DNA of 64,000 bases from contig PUMD01000133.1 in the NCBI GenBank assembly GCA_003551215.1, positions 2,494 to 66,493 of the forward strand, given 5' to 3'. Each line of letters starts with the position of its first letter. The first letter of the stretch is position 1. This document shows, in pieces, positions 38,086 through 47,043 of this stretch. This stretch comes from Clostridia bacterium (lineage in GTDB: Bacteria > Bacillota > Sulfobacillia > SLMV01). The notes beneath the pieces were generated by a model. The model saw only the letters and a program-made list of their open reading frames with translations, was not told where the DNA came from and made no database searches. Made by a program: the position numbers and the translations under genes.

Positions 38086-38736
38086 ATGGAAGAGATATCG
38101 CTTCATGTGCTGGACATAGCAGAAAACTCCATAAATTCGGGAGCCACTGAACTGGCCATCACTATAGAGGAGCTGCCAGGTGACGGTCTGCTGTCGGTGA
38201 GTATCGCCGATGACGGGGGCGGTATCGCGTCCGATATGCTTCCAAAAGTGGCGGACCCTTTTACTACCAGTAGGACTACGCGAAAAGTCGGCCTGGGGCT
38301 GGCCTTTTTGCAGGAAGCCTGCTGTTCTGCTGGTGGCAACCTTCAGGTCCGTTCCGATTGCCGGGGTACCGTGGTTGCTGCTACCTTTCAGTACGGACAT
38401 ATTGACCGTCCTCCGCTCGGGGATATGGCCTCCACATTGGTGGTACTGGTGGCAACAAAGCCGGGCTTGCGGGTTTCGTATCGGCACGACGTGGGGGACA
38501 GAACGTTCGAGTTCGATACCAAGCAGCTGGACGAGTGGTTTGGCGACCTGGGCGAAAAACAGCAGCGCAGTCCGGTCGTGCTCCAGTGGCTGAGGCGGTA
38601 TCTTGAGGATAACTTGGAATCGCTGCGCGAGGGAGTACAGACGGATGTTCATAATCAAGGACACGCAGGCGACCAAGACCAAAGCCTGATCCGTCGGTCG
38701 CCGGCGGGGAGCATTGATCAACAACAGACTGACTGA
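38086..38736 (+). CDS. Histidine-kinase-like ATPase domain protein (HATPase_c only) embedded in the hydrogenase operon
   Basis: N box HVLDIAENSINSG. G boxes DDGGGI and GLGLAF. No HisKA/phospho-acceptor domain. Confidence 0.6.
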   Translation: MEEISLHVLDIAENSINSGATELAITIEELPGDGLLSVSIADDGGGIASDMLPKVADPFTTSRTTRKVGLGLAFLQEACCSAGGNLQVRSDCRGTVVAATFQYGHIDRPPLGDMASTLVVLVATKPGLRVSYRHDVGDRTFEFDTKQLDEWFGDLGEKQQRSPVVLQWLRRYLEDNLESLREGVQTDVHNQGHAGDQDQSLIRRSPAGSIDQQQTD

Positions 38737-38754
38737 GCGAAGGGGGAGACAACG

Positions 38755-41700
38755 ATGAGCAAACAGCGCGCTCATGTTTTGGTGTGTGCGGGAGCAGGCT
38801 GCATATCTTCCGGTTGCCGGGAGACGGCGGCTGAACTCAGCAACGCACTCAGAGAACACGGCCTGGAAGATGAGATTCGCGTGGTGGAGACCGGGTGCAT
38901 GGGGCCATGCGATCTGGGGCCTGTGGTGGTAGTTTATCCCGAAGGCGTGCTTTATCAGCAGGTTAAGCCGGAAGATGCTCAACTGATTGCCGAAGAACAT
39001 CTGCTCAAGGGACGGGTAGTCGAAGAGTTAACCTATCGATTGCCCGGCGTCGGGGAATTCATCCCGAGCCAGGAAGAGATGCCGTTTTTTGGTCACCAAA
39101 ACCGGATTGCCCTGCGCAACGCGGGCTTGATTGATCCGGATTCCATAGAAGAGTACATAGCCCGCGATGGTTACGCCGGCTTGGCCAAAGTGCTTTCGTC
39201 CATGCAGCCAGGAGAGGTAATCGACGCTATAAAAGAATCTGGCCTGCGGGGGCGCGGGGGTGCTGGTTTTCCCACCGGCCTCAAGTGGCAGTTTACCAAA
39301 GATGCTGAAGGGGATACCAAATACGTAGTGTGCAACGCCGATGAGGGAGACCCAGGAGCGTTCATGGACCGCAGTATTCTGGAGGGTGATCCCCACAGCA
39401 TCTTGGAAGCGATGGCAATTGCCGGGTACGCGGTCGGTGCCGGTCAGGGTTACGTTTATGTGCGTGCGGAATACCCGCTGGCTGTCGAGCGTCTCCGGCG
39501 GGCAATAGCCAAAGCTCGAGAATACGGACTGCTCGGTGAAAACATCTTCAGCGCGGATTTCTGCTTTGACATCGACATACGAGTAGGCGCCGGGGCGTTC
39601 GTGTGTGGAGAGGAAACTGCACTTTTGGCCTCTATAGAGGGTCGGACCGGACAGCCCAGACCCCGTCCGCCGTTTCCGGCGAATGAAGGCCTGTGGGGCA
39701 AACCTACGCTCCTTAACAACGTGGAGACCTTTGCCAACGTGGCTCCCATAATTCTCAACGGTGCAGACTGGTTCGCCGGAATAGGTACTGAGGACAGCGC
39801 TGGAACCAAGGTGTTTGCCCTTGCCGGTGATGTTATCAATACCGGTCTTGTTGAGGTTCCCATGGGCACTCCGCTGAGCGATATTGTCTTTGACATAGGC
39901 GGGGGAGTACCAGATGGAAGGAAATTCAAAGCTGCTCAGACCGGCGGCCCTTCGGGAGGATGTATCCCCGCGGAATATCTGAATACTCCGGTTGATTACG
40001 AGTCGCTGACAGAACTGGGCACCATTATGGGGTCAGGCGGCCTGATAATTGTTGATGAGGACACCTGTATGCCCGACTTCGCCAAGTTCTTCTTGGAATT
40101 TGTTCAGGATGAGTCTTGCGGTAAGTGTCATCCGTGTCGTATAGGTACCAAGCGCATGCTGGAAATACTTGAGCGCATAACTGCCGGTGAAGGAGAAGAA
40201 GGGGATATCGATCGCCTGGTTGAGCTGGGGGAGCAGATAAAAGAGCTGGCTCTCTGCGGGCTAGGTCAGTCTGCCCCCAATCCGGTGCTGACCACCATCG
40301 AGTACTTCCGTGAAGAGTACGAGGCACACGTAAGGGACAAGGAATGTCCCGCCTCGGTGTGCGCCTCTCTGTTTACTTCTCCCTGTCAGAACGCCTGCCC
40401 GGCAGATGTGGACGTCCCACTTTACATCGACCTGGTGCGGCAGGGTCGTTTCGAAGAAGCCTACCGTGTGATCAAGACTGAGATGCCGCTGCCTGGAGTC
40501 TGCGGATACGTTTGCAACCATCCCTGCGAGGGTAAGTGTCAGCGGGTGCAGATCGATGAATCGATTGCCATCAGATCCCTGAAGAGATTTGCCACCGATG
40601 CCGTACTGCAGGACAGCGGTGAGCTGCCCGCCCTCGAACGTCTGGCAGAGCGGGAAGGGAAAGTGGCTGTTGTGGGTTCCGGTCCAGCCGGGCTCTCTGC
40701 GGCTCACTTTTTGGCGCGAGTCGGATACTCGGTCACCGTTTTCGAAGCCATGCCGGTATTGGGCGGTACTCTGGCTGCGGGAATCCCTGAGTATCGCTTG
40801 CCAGAAGATGTTCTGGAAGCGGAGATTGAAACGGTGAGCAAGCTGGGAGTCGAGTTCAGAACCGGCGTCTGTGTGGGTAGCGACATTACGCTTGATGAGC
40901 TCAAACAACAGGGTTATGAGGCCATATTCCTGGGAGTTGGTGCTCACAAGAGCCGACGGCTGGGTATACCCGGCGAGGATCTCGACGGCGTGACCCACAG
41001 CATCGAGTTTCTGCGTGACGTAAACGTAGGTCAGCAGACCGACCTCAGTGGTGCTTCCGTGGCGGTAATCGGCGGTGGTAATGCAGCAGTCGATGCAGCC
41101 CGTACGGCTGGTCGTTTGGGGGCCCGAGATGTGAAAATCGTCTACCGGCGCCGAGAAGAAGATATGCCGGCGCTGGATGAGGAAATAGAAGATGCCCTGG
41201 CCGAAGGCATAGAGCTGATAACTCTGGCTAACCCGACGAAGGTGATAGGCCGTGACGGTAGAGTAAGAACCCTCAAATGCCAGCAAATGCAGCTGGGCGA
41301 ATACGATCAGAGCGCCCGGCCCCGACCGATTCCTGCAGAAGGCTCCACCTTCGACCTGGACGTGGATGTGGTGATCGTGGCCATCAGCCAGCAGCCAGAA
41401 GGTGAGTTCACTCTGGAGGGTAAACAGGTGGAGACCACCGATTGGGATACTTTCCCGGTGGATGAAGACACTCTGGCCACCAACGTTCGGGGAGTATTCG
41501 CAGGCGGTGACTGCGTAACCGGCCCCGATACTGTGATCGAAGCCGTTGCAGCTGGTAAGAGGGCGGCCGCGGCCATTGACGTATATCTCGGAGGCGACGG
41601 ACAGATCGTACGCAAGCCTGCCATGGATCGAGTGATCGGTCACGAACTGCTGGAAACCAAGACCGAGCGCGTGGCCATGCCGAAAGTTGCCGCTGACGGG

Positions 41701-41823
41701 CGAAAGGGATTCTCGGTTGTCGAGTTAGGGTATTCCCCAGAGCAAGCAGTGGCGGAGGCCAGAAGATGCCTCAGGTGCGATGTTGAAGACGTGTCTCAGT
41801 CGTCGGGCGAGGCTGCGAATTAA
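38755..41823 (+). CDS. hydB: NuoF-like flavoprotein subunit (HydB/HndC-like) fused to a GltD/NfnB-like NAD(P)H oxidoreductase domain
   Basis: N-terminal thioredoxin-like 2Fe-2S (CAGAGC...CMGPC). NuoF FMN/NADH site ([16 protein letters not shown]; [12 protein letters not shown]). Two ferredoxin-like CxxCxxC clusters. Then a GltD-type module ([19 protein letters not shown]...; [17 protein letters not shown]). 1022 aa single ORF. RBS GGGGGAG. Confidence 0.8.
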   Translation: MSKQRAHVLVCAGAGCISSGCRETAAELSNALREHGLEDEIRVVETGCMGPCDLGPVVVVYPEGVLYQQVKPEDAQLIAEEHLLKGRVVEELTYRLPGVGEFIPSQEEMPFFGHQNRIALRNAGLIDPDSIEEYIARDGYAGLAKVLSSMQPGEVIDAIKESGLRGRGGAGFPTGLKWQFTKDAEGDTKYVVCNADEGDPGAFMDRSILEGDPHSILEAMAIAGYAVGAGQGYVYVRAEYPLAVERLRRAIAKAREYGLLGENIFSADFCFDIDIRVGAGAFVCGEETALLASIEGRTGQPRPRPPFPANEGLWGKPTLLNNVETFANVAPIILNGADWFAGIGTEDSAGTKVFALAGDVINTGLVEVPMGTPLSDIVFDIGGGVPDGRKFKAAQTGGPSGGCIPAEYLNTPVDYESLTELGTIMGSGGLIIVDEDTCMPDFAKFFLEFVQDESCGKCHPCRIGTKRMLEILERITAGEGEEGDIDRLVELGEQIKELALCGLGQSAPNPVLTTIEYFREEYEAHVRDKECPASVCASLFTSPCQNACPADVDVPLYIDLVRQGRFEEAYRVIKTEMPLPGVCGYVCNHPCEGKCQRVQIDESIAIRSLKRFATDAVLQDSGELPALERLAEREGKVAVVGSGPAGLSAAHFLARVGYSVTVFEAMPVLGGTLAAGIPEYRLPEDVLEAEIETVSKLGVEFRTGVCVGSDITLDELKQQGYEAIFLGVGAHKSRRLGIPGEDLDGVTHSIEFLRDVNVGQQTDLSGASVAVIGGGNAAVDAARTAGRLGARDVKIVYRRREEDMPALDEEIEDALAEGIELITLANPTKVIGRDGRVRTLKCQQMQLGEYDQSARPRPIPAEGSTFDLDVDVVIVAISQQPEGEFTLEGKQVETTDWDTFPVDEDTLATNVRGVFAGGDCVTGPDTVIEAVAAGKRAAAAIDVYLGGDGQIVRKPAMDRVIGHELLETKTERVAMPKVAADGRKGFSVVELGYSPEQAVAEARRCLRCDVEDVSQSSGEAAN

Positions 41824-41842
41824 ATGACCGGAGGTGAGTGCA

Positions 41843-43576
41843 GTGAGTGAAGTTTCTTTAACCATAAACGGACGTGACGTATCTGCGGCTCCCGGGACAA
41901 CGATTCTTGAGGCAGCCAAGCAGATCGATGTTGATATACCAACCCTGTGCTATCTCGAGGGGATCAACGAGATAGGCGCCTGCCGGGTCTGTGTTGTCGA
42001 ATGTGAGGGCAGCCTGCTGGCTGCCTGTACGACCCCGGTGACTGATGGAATGTCCGTGGTCACTAACAGTCCGAAGGTGAGAGCTGCCCGTCGAACCAAT
42101 GTTGAACTCATCCTCTCAGACCACGATGGCGACTGTCTATCCTGCAGCCGCAGCATGAACTGTGAGCTGCAGACCATTGCCCGCAACCTCGGAATTCGGG
42201 AAATCAGATATGAGGGAGAGATGTCCAGCCACCCTCGAGATGAGTCCAGTCCTTCACTGGTCCGGGATCCAGACAAATGCATTCTCTGTCAGCGGTGCTC
42301 AAGTGTCTGCAAGCAGGTTCAGGACGTGGAGGCCATCGATACCGTGGGACGCGGTTTTCAGATGCAGGTCGGTCCGGCCTTTGAGCAGACCATGGACGAG
42401 ATAGCCTGTGTCAATTGCGGTCAATGCATTCTCGTGTGCCCCACTGGTGCAATCACTGAGAAGGATTACAGAGAGGAAGTCTGGGGTGCTCTGAGCGACC
42501 CTGACAAACACGTAGTGGTTCAGACTGCTCCCGCTGTCCGGGTGTCCATTGGTGAAACTTTGGGCATGGAGCCTGGCAGTATTGTAACCGGACAGATGGT
42601 GGCCGGGCTGCGTCTTTTGGGCTTCGACAGGGTGTTTGACACTGATTTCGCAGCTGATCTGACTATAATGGAGGAAGGGAGCGAACTGCTGGCCCGCCTG
42701 AACGAAGGCGGTACGGTCCCGCTGCTGACCTCCTGTAGCCCCGGGTGGATAAAATACGTGGAGCATTTCTATCCGGAATTCACGGATCATCTCTCTACGT
42801 GCAAGTCTCCGCAGCAGATGTTCGGGGCACTGGCCAAGACTTTCTACGCGGAGAAGGCGGGAATCAAACCGGAAGATATTTTTGTGGTATCGGTAATGCC
42901 GTGCACCGCGAAGAAATTTGAGGCCCAGAGGCCGGAAATGGGAGCCAGCGGTTACGCCGACGTGGATGTCGTTCTGACCACCCGCGAGATGGGGCTGATG
43001 TTTTCGGAAGCCGGAGTAGACCTGAGACATCTCGAGGAGGAAGAGTTCGACGATCCTCTCGGGATATCAACTGGTGCCGCGGCTGTTTTCGGCGCTACCG
43101 GTGGCGTGATGGAAGCGGCTCTTCGCACGGTGTACGAGCTGGTTACCGGAGAGGAGCTTGAGGAGCTGGACTTTCACGATGTCCGTGGGTTGCAAGGAGT
43201 CAAGGAAGCCGAAGTTGATCTGCAGGGTACCACGGTTAAAGTGGCGGTGGCCCACGGCCTGAGCAAGGCACGCGGTGTCCTTGACGCCATTAAAGAAGGA
43301 AAAGCCGACTACACGTTTGTGGAAGTGATGTGCTGTCCGGGAGGTTGCATTGGCGGTGGCGGTCAGCCCCTACCCACGGATGACGAGATCAGACAGAAGC
43401 GGATCGACGCCATCTATCAGGTTGATAGAGACATGCCCCTGCGTAAATCGCACGAGAACCCGGCCGTGCAGGCTCTGTACGAGGAATATCTAGGTGAACC
43501 TCTCAGCGACAAGTCACATGAGCTTCTGCACACCGATTATTTGAGGCGCGAGGCGCACGCCGGGTATATCGGCTGA
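41843..43576 (+). CDS. hydA: [FeFe] hydrogenase catalytic subunit HydA (HndD-like), with an L1 motif variant
   Basis: N-terminal plant-type 2Fe-2S and 4Fe-4S ferredoxin domains. H-cluster motifs L1 TSCSPGW (canonical TSCCPxW), L2 MPCTAKKFE, L3 EVMCCPGGCIGGGGQP. GTG start after GGAGGTGA. Confidence 0.85.
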   Translation: MSEVSLTINGRDVSAAPGTTILEAAKQIDVDIPTLCYLEGINEIGACRVCVVECEGSLLAACTTPVTDGMSVVTNSPKVRAARRTNVELILSDHDGDCLSCSRSMNCELQTIARNLGIREIRYEGEMSSHPRDESSPSLVRDPDKCILCQRCSSVCKQVQDVEAIDTVGRGFQMQVGPAFEQTMDEIACVNCGQCILVCPTGAITEKDYREEVWGALSDPDKHVVVQTAPAVRVSIGETLGMEPGSIVTGQMVAGLRLLGFDRVFDTDFAADLTIMEEGSELLARLNEGGTVPLLTSCSPGWIKYVEHFYPEFTDHLSTCKSPQQMFGALAKTFYAEKAGIKPEDIFVVSVMPCTAKKFEAQRPEMGASGYADVDVVLTTREMGLMFSEAGVDLRHLEEEEFDDPLGISTGAAAVFGATGGVMEAALRTVYELVTGEELEELDFHDVRGLQGVKEAEVDLQGTTVKVAVAHGLSKARGVLDAIKEGKADYTFVEVMCCPGGCIGGGGQPLPTDDEIRQKRIDAIYQVDRDMPLRKSHENPAVQALYEEYLGEPLSDKSHELLHTDYLRREAHAGYIG

Positions 43577-43604
43577 TATGGAAGAGCCTGGAGGTGAAGC
43601 TGAC

Positions 43605-43970
43605 ATGAAGATTGAGTCTCTGGATGATCTCCGCAAAGTCCGGGAGCAGGCCAAGGAAGGCATCAGCGTGCGGGAAGGCGGCGATGTCAAGATAGTAGTG
43701 GGCATGGGCACATGCGGCATCGCTGCTGGCGCGCGTGAGGTACTCTCGGCGGTACTGGAGGAGCTGGCGGAGAGAAACATTGTTGGAGTTGATGTTACAC
43801 AGACCGGTTGTGCTGGCTTGTGTGAACATGAACCCCTCCTTGAAGTCATCACCGAGGACCAGCCGCGCGTAGTGTACGGAAAGGTGACACCAGATCGGGC
43901 CAGGAAAATAGTGGTACAGCACCTGATCAATAGGCAGATAGTAGGTGAATGGGTACTCAAGAAGGATTGA
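43605..43970 (+). CDS. Stand-alone thioredoxin-like [2Fe-2S] ferredoxin (14-kDa HndB/HydD-like)
   Basis: GMGTCGIAAGAREV...TGCAGLCEHEPLLEV motifs. ATG 7 nt after GGAGGTGA. Confidence 0.65.
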   Translation: MKIESLDDLRKVREQAKEGISVREGGDVKIVVGMGTCGIAAGAREVLSAVLEELAERNIVGVDVTQTGCAGLCEHEPLLEVITEDQPRVVYGKVTPDRARKIVVQHLINRQIVGEWVLKKD

Positions 43971-44006
43971 GTTGGTTGTGCGAGAAGCCCATACGAGGGA
44001 ATCGTC

Positions 44007-44600
44007 GTGTCGGGCGGCGTAGCGATATTCTCGCTCCGGCACGACGATAGCCCTCCGATATCGCCCATTGTATATGCGGGGCTGGACCTTTTGTCCCGGG
44101 TGGTTGTCGGGCAATTCGATACGGAAGAAGGTGTCCTCTTGCAGCTGGAATATGAAGTAAAGGGGATGGATTTCCGGAATGCAGGCAAGGCTTCAACTAG
44201 AGTCCGGAAGAGGCTGCAGCAGCTGGGCCTCGACTCGACAACCCTCAGAAGCGTTGCGGTTATCTGTTATGAGGCGGAGATGAACATCGTAATACACGCC
44301 TATGAAGGACGCCTTATAGTGGATATAGATACGACCATGATCGAGATAACAGCCCGGGACCGGGGACCAGGGATTGAGGACATAGAACGTGCCATGCAGG
44401 ACGGGTTCTCTACGGCGCCCGAGCACGTGCGCGAAATGGGTTTCGGTGCGGGTATGGTCCTCACAAACATCAAGAGGCTGGCTAATTCCCTGCAGTTGGA
44501 ATCCACTGAGGGTGAGGGTACATGTTTGAAAGCGGTAGTCTACTACGGCTACCCACAGAAAGGTGGTGTTCAGTCGTGCCAGGGAAGTTTCACTCCGTGA
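44007..44600 (+). CDS. RsbW/SpoIIAB-type serine-protein kinase (anti-sigma-regulatory-factor-like HATPase)
   Basis: HATPase_c_2-like boxes (EAEMNIVIHA; ARDRGPGI; GFGAGM). GTG start after GAGGGA. Confidence 0.55.
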   Translation: MSGGVAIFSLRHDDSPPISPIVYAGLDLLSRVVVGQFDTEEGVLLQLEYEVKGMDFRNAGKASTRVRKRLQQLGLDSTTLRSVAVICYEAEMNIVIHAYEGRLIVDIDTTMIEITARDRGPGIEDIERAMQDGFSTAPEHVREMGFGAGMVLTNIKRLANSLQLESTEGEGTCLKAVVYYGYPQKGGVQSCQGSFTP

Positions 44601-46258
44601 AGCTGATAGAAGACGAGTGTGAGGGCTGTACCAACTGTATTCAAAATTGTCCTACCGAGGCCATTCGGGTACGGGACGGCAAAGCACAGATATTTGAGGA
44701 ACGTTGCATCGACTGCGGCGAATGCATAAGGCATTGCCCGAATCAGGTCAAGACGGCGGTTACGGATGATCTGAAGGCGCTCGGACGCTTTCAGTATAAC
44801 GTCGCTATACCAGCTCCCGCTTTTTTTGGGCAATTTGATCAGGGAGTAACGGCGGATGACATCCTCGCGGGTCTGCTTAACGTGGGCTTTGACGATGTGT
44901 TTGAGGTGGCAGTTGGTGCTGAAGCGGTAACCCTGGCGATTCGCCGATACATTGAAGGAGCCGCCTGCCGTTCACCGCTTATATCTTCGGCATGTCCGGC
45001 TATTGTACGCCTCATCCAGATCCGGTTCCCTGATCTGCTGGATCAGATAATACCCATTCACACTCCGATGGACATGGCTGCCAGACTGGCCAAAAGGAAA
45101 GTGGCCGATGAGCGAGATCTAGCCCTTGAGGATATAGGAGTGTTTTTTGTCAGTCCGTGCCCGGCGAAGGTCACCGCTGTCAAGGAACCGCTGGGAACCA
45201 GCGAGACAGATGTGGACGGGGCAATAGGTGTCGGCGAAATTTACGGCCAGGTGCGTTCCAAGACCGGGCGCGGCGAAGAGAAAAACCTGAGCAGAGCATC
45301 CGGTTTGGGGGCTCAATGGGGGTTTTCCGGTGGTGAAAATCAGGCCATCAACTCAGGAGTCCTTCTGGCGGTAGATGGGATTCAGAGTGCCATTTCAGTC
45401 CTGGACGGCGTGGAAAAAGGCGAGCTGCAGTCAGTAGATTACATTGAGTGTCAGGCCTGCATCGGTGGCTGCGTGGGTGGGGCTTTGATGGTTCAGAACC
45501 CGTTTTTGGCGCGCTCGCGGGTGGAGCGCATGGTGGAACAGATGGATCCGGGCAAAAGATACGAGCCTAGTGTGGACATGGCAGAAGCTACCCAGCTGTT
45601 TGACCGCGGGGAATTCGATCTTACCGAACCCATCCTCGCTCGCCCAGCCATGCGCCTGGATGAGGATGTCAACGTAGCTATGGACAAAATGGCCCGGTTG
45701 GATGAATTGAGCGAGGAACTGCCTGGTTACGATTGCGGTTCCTGTGGAGCTCCTACCTGTCGTGCCCTGGCTGAAGATATCGTTCAGGGGTTGTCAGTCC
45801 GAACCGACTGCATTTTTGAACTGCGAGAAGAGGTCTCTACCCTGGCTGAACAGATAAGCACAATTGTCCAGAGGCGCATGCCGATGATGAGCACCGAGGA
45901 GGAGCGGAAAGTGTTTGATGAGCTCACTCTCAGCCATGTTGCAGACGAGCTGGAGCTCTGGGCAGTGGCATTTGAAGATGTCCTGGACTCCCGTGTGATC
46001 CGAGGAGCTTACTGCTCAGACCTTCTCAGCGATGTAATGGCTAACGCTGGGGAGGGGAGCCTGTGGATTACCATTCAGACCCACCAGAATATTGTGGCGG
46101 TGGCCCTCATGGTTTCGCTTGGAGCCATAGTGGTCTGCGGAGGACGCGAACCCAGCCCGGGAACTGTGGTGAGGGCTGAAGAGGAGAACATCCCACTGCT
46201 GATTGCCGAGGATGATTCGTACACAGTGGCGGCCAAACTGCACAGCTTGACAATGTAG
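44576..46258 (+). CDS. hydS: Putative sensory [FeFe]-hydrogenase-like protein (HydS/HfsB-like) with a C-terminal Fe-S (CGxCGxxxC) and DRTGG-like domain
   Basis: Two 4Fe-4S ferredoxin motifs. H-cluster-like L1 SSACPAIV (proton-relay Cys replaced by Ala), L2 SPCPAKV, L3 ECQACIGGCVGG. C-terminal CGSCGAPTC and ...VCGGREP. Start uncertain (GTG 44576/44597 or ATG 44522). Confidence 0.65.
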   Translation: MPGKFHSVKLIEDECEGCTNCIQNCPTEAIRVRDGKAQIFEERCIDCGECIRHCPNQVKTAVTDDLKALGRFQYNVAIPAPAFFGQFDQGVTADDILAGLLNVGFDDVFEVAVGAEAVTLAIRRYIEGAACRSPLISSACPAIVRLIQIRFPDLLDQIIPIHTPMDMAARLAKRKVADERDLALEDIGVFFVSPCPAKVTAVKEPLGTSETDVDGAIGVGEIYGQVRSKTGRGEEKNLSRASGLGAQWGFSGGENQAINSGVLLAVDGIQSAISVLDGVEKGELQSVDYIECQACIGGCVGGALMVQNPFLARSRVERMVEQMDPGKRYEPSVDMAEATQLFDRGEFDLTEPILARPAMRLDEDVNVAMDKMARLDELSEELPGYDCGSCGAPTCRALAEDIVQGLSVRTDCIFELREEVSTLAEQISTIVQRRMPMMSTEEERKVFDELTLSHVADELELWAVAFEDVLDSRVIRGAYCSDLLSDVMANAGEGSLWITIQTHQNIVAVALMVSLGAIVVCGGREPSPGTVVRAEEENIPLLIAEDDSYTVAAKLHSLTM

Positions 46259-46282
46259 GGGTCGATAATCTTGCGGTCCTGG

Positions 46283-47017
46283 ATGGTGGATCTGCACATC
46301 CATACCGCCCTATCGCCGTGTGCCAGTGATGATATGACACCGGACAACATTGTGGCTGCTTCTCGAGAACGCAATCTCGACGTCATAGGAATAGCTGATC
46401 ATAATTCAGCGGCGAATGTGCGGGCGGTGGTGGCGGCTGCCGACAGCTTTGACCTGGTCGTGCTGCCTTGCTTGGAAGTTCAGACTTCCGAAGAGGTACA
46501 TGTGCTGTGCGTCTTCGATGATCTGGAGAGCGTTGCGGCATGGCAAGAGCATGTCTACCGGCACCTGCCAGATCGGGCCAATGATGAGGAGATTTTCGGG
46601 CGCCAGCATCTGTACGACGAATCGGGTATACTGTCGGGCAGCGAAAACCAGCTGCTATTGGTGAGCGCGGATTTGACCCTGGAATCAGTTTTTGAGGTGG
46701 TTTCGGTGCTGGGAGGGGTGTGTATTCCGGCCCATGTTGACCGTCGCAGCTTCGGACTTCTGGGAGTGTTGGGATTCGTCCCGGAGTCGTTGGACATATC
46801 AGCAGTCGAGGTGTCGCCCAATTTTCCGGGTGATGATGGTTTGAGCATACCGGACTCGGCCGCTACCGTACGTTTTTCTGATGCCCACACTCTGTCAGAT
46901 CTGGGGAACCAGTTTACAACTATGTGGATGGAAGCCCCGACTGTTGAGTGCCTGATGCAGGCCTTCAGGGGAGATGGAGGGAGAAGGGTCAAACCGCGGT
47001 TCGCCAGGGGGGATTAG
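46283..47017 (+). CDS. PHP-domain phosphoesterase
   Basis: HIHTALSP...ADHNS...PAHVDR His/Asp motifs of the polymerase and histidinol-phosphatase fold. Confidence 0.6.
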   Translation: MVDLHIHTALSPCASDDMTPDNIVAASRERNLDVIGIADHNSAANVRAVVAAADSFDLVVLPCLEVQTSEEVHVLCVFDDLESVAAWQEHVYRHLPDRANDEEIFGRQHLYDESGILSGSENQLLLVSADLTLESVFEVVSVLGGVCIPAHVDRRSFGLLGVLGFVPESLDISAVEVSPNFPGDDGLSIPDSAATVRFSDAHTLSDLGNQFTTMWMEAPTVECLMQAFRGDGGRRVKPRFARGD

Positions 47018-47043
47018 CAGCCCTACAGAAAGGAGGAGGTGAC

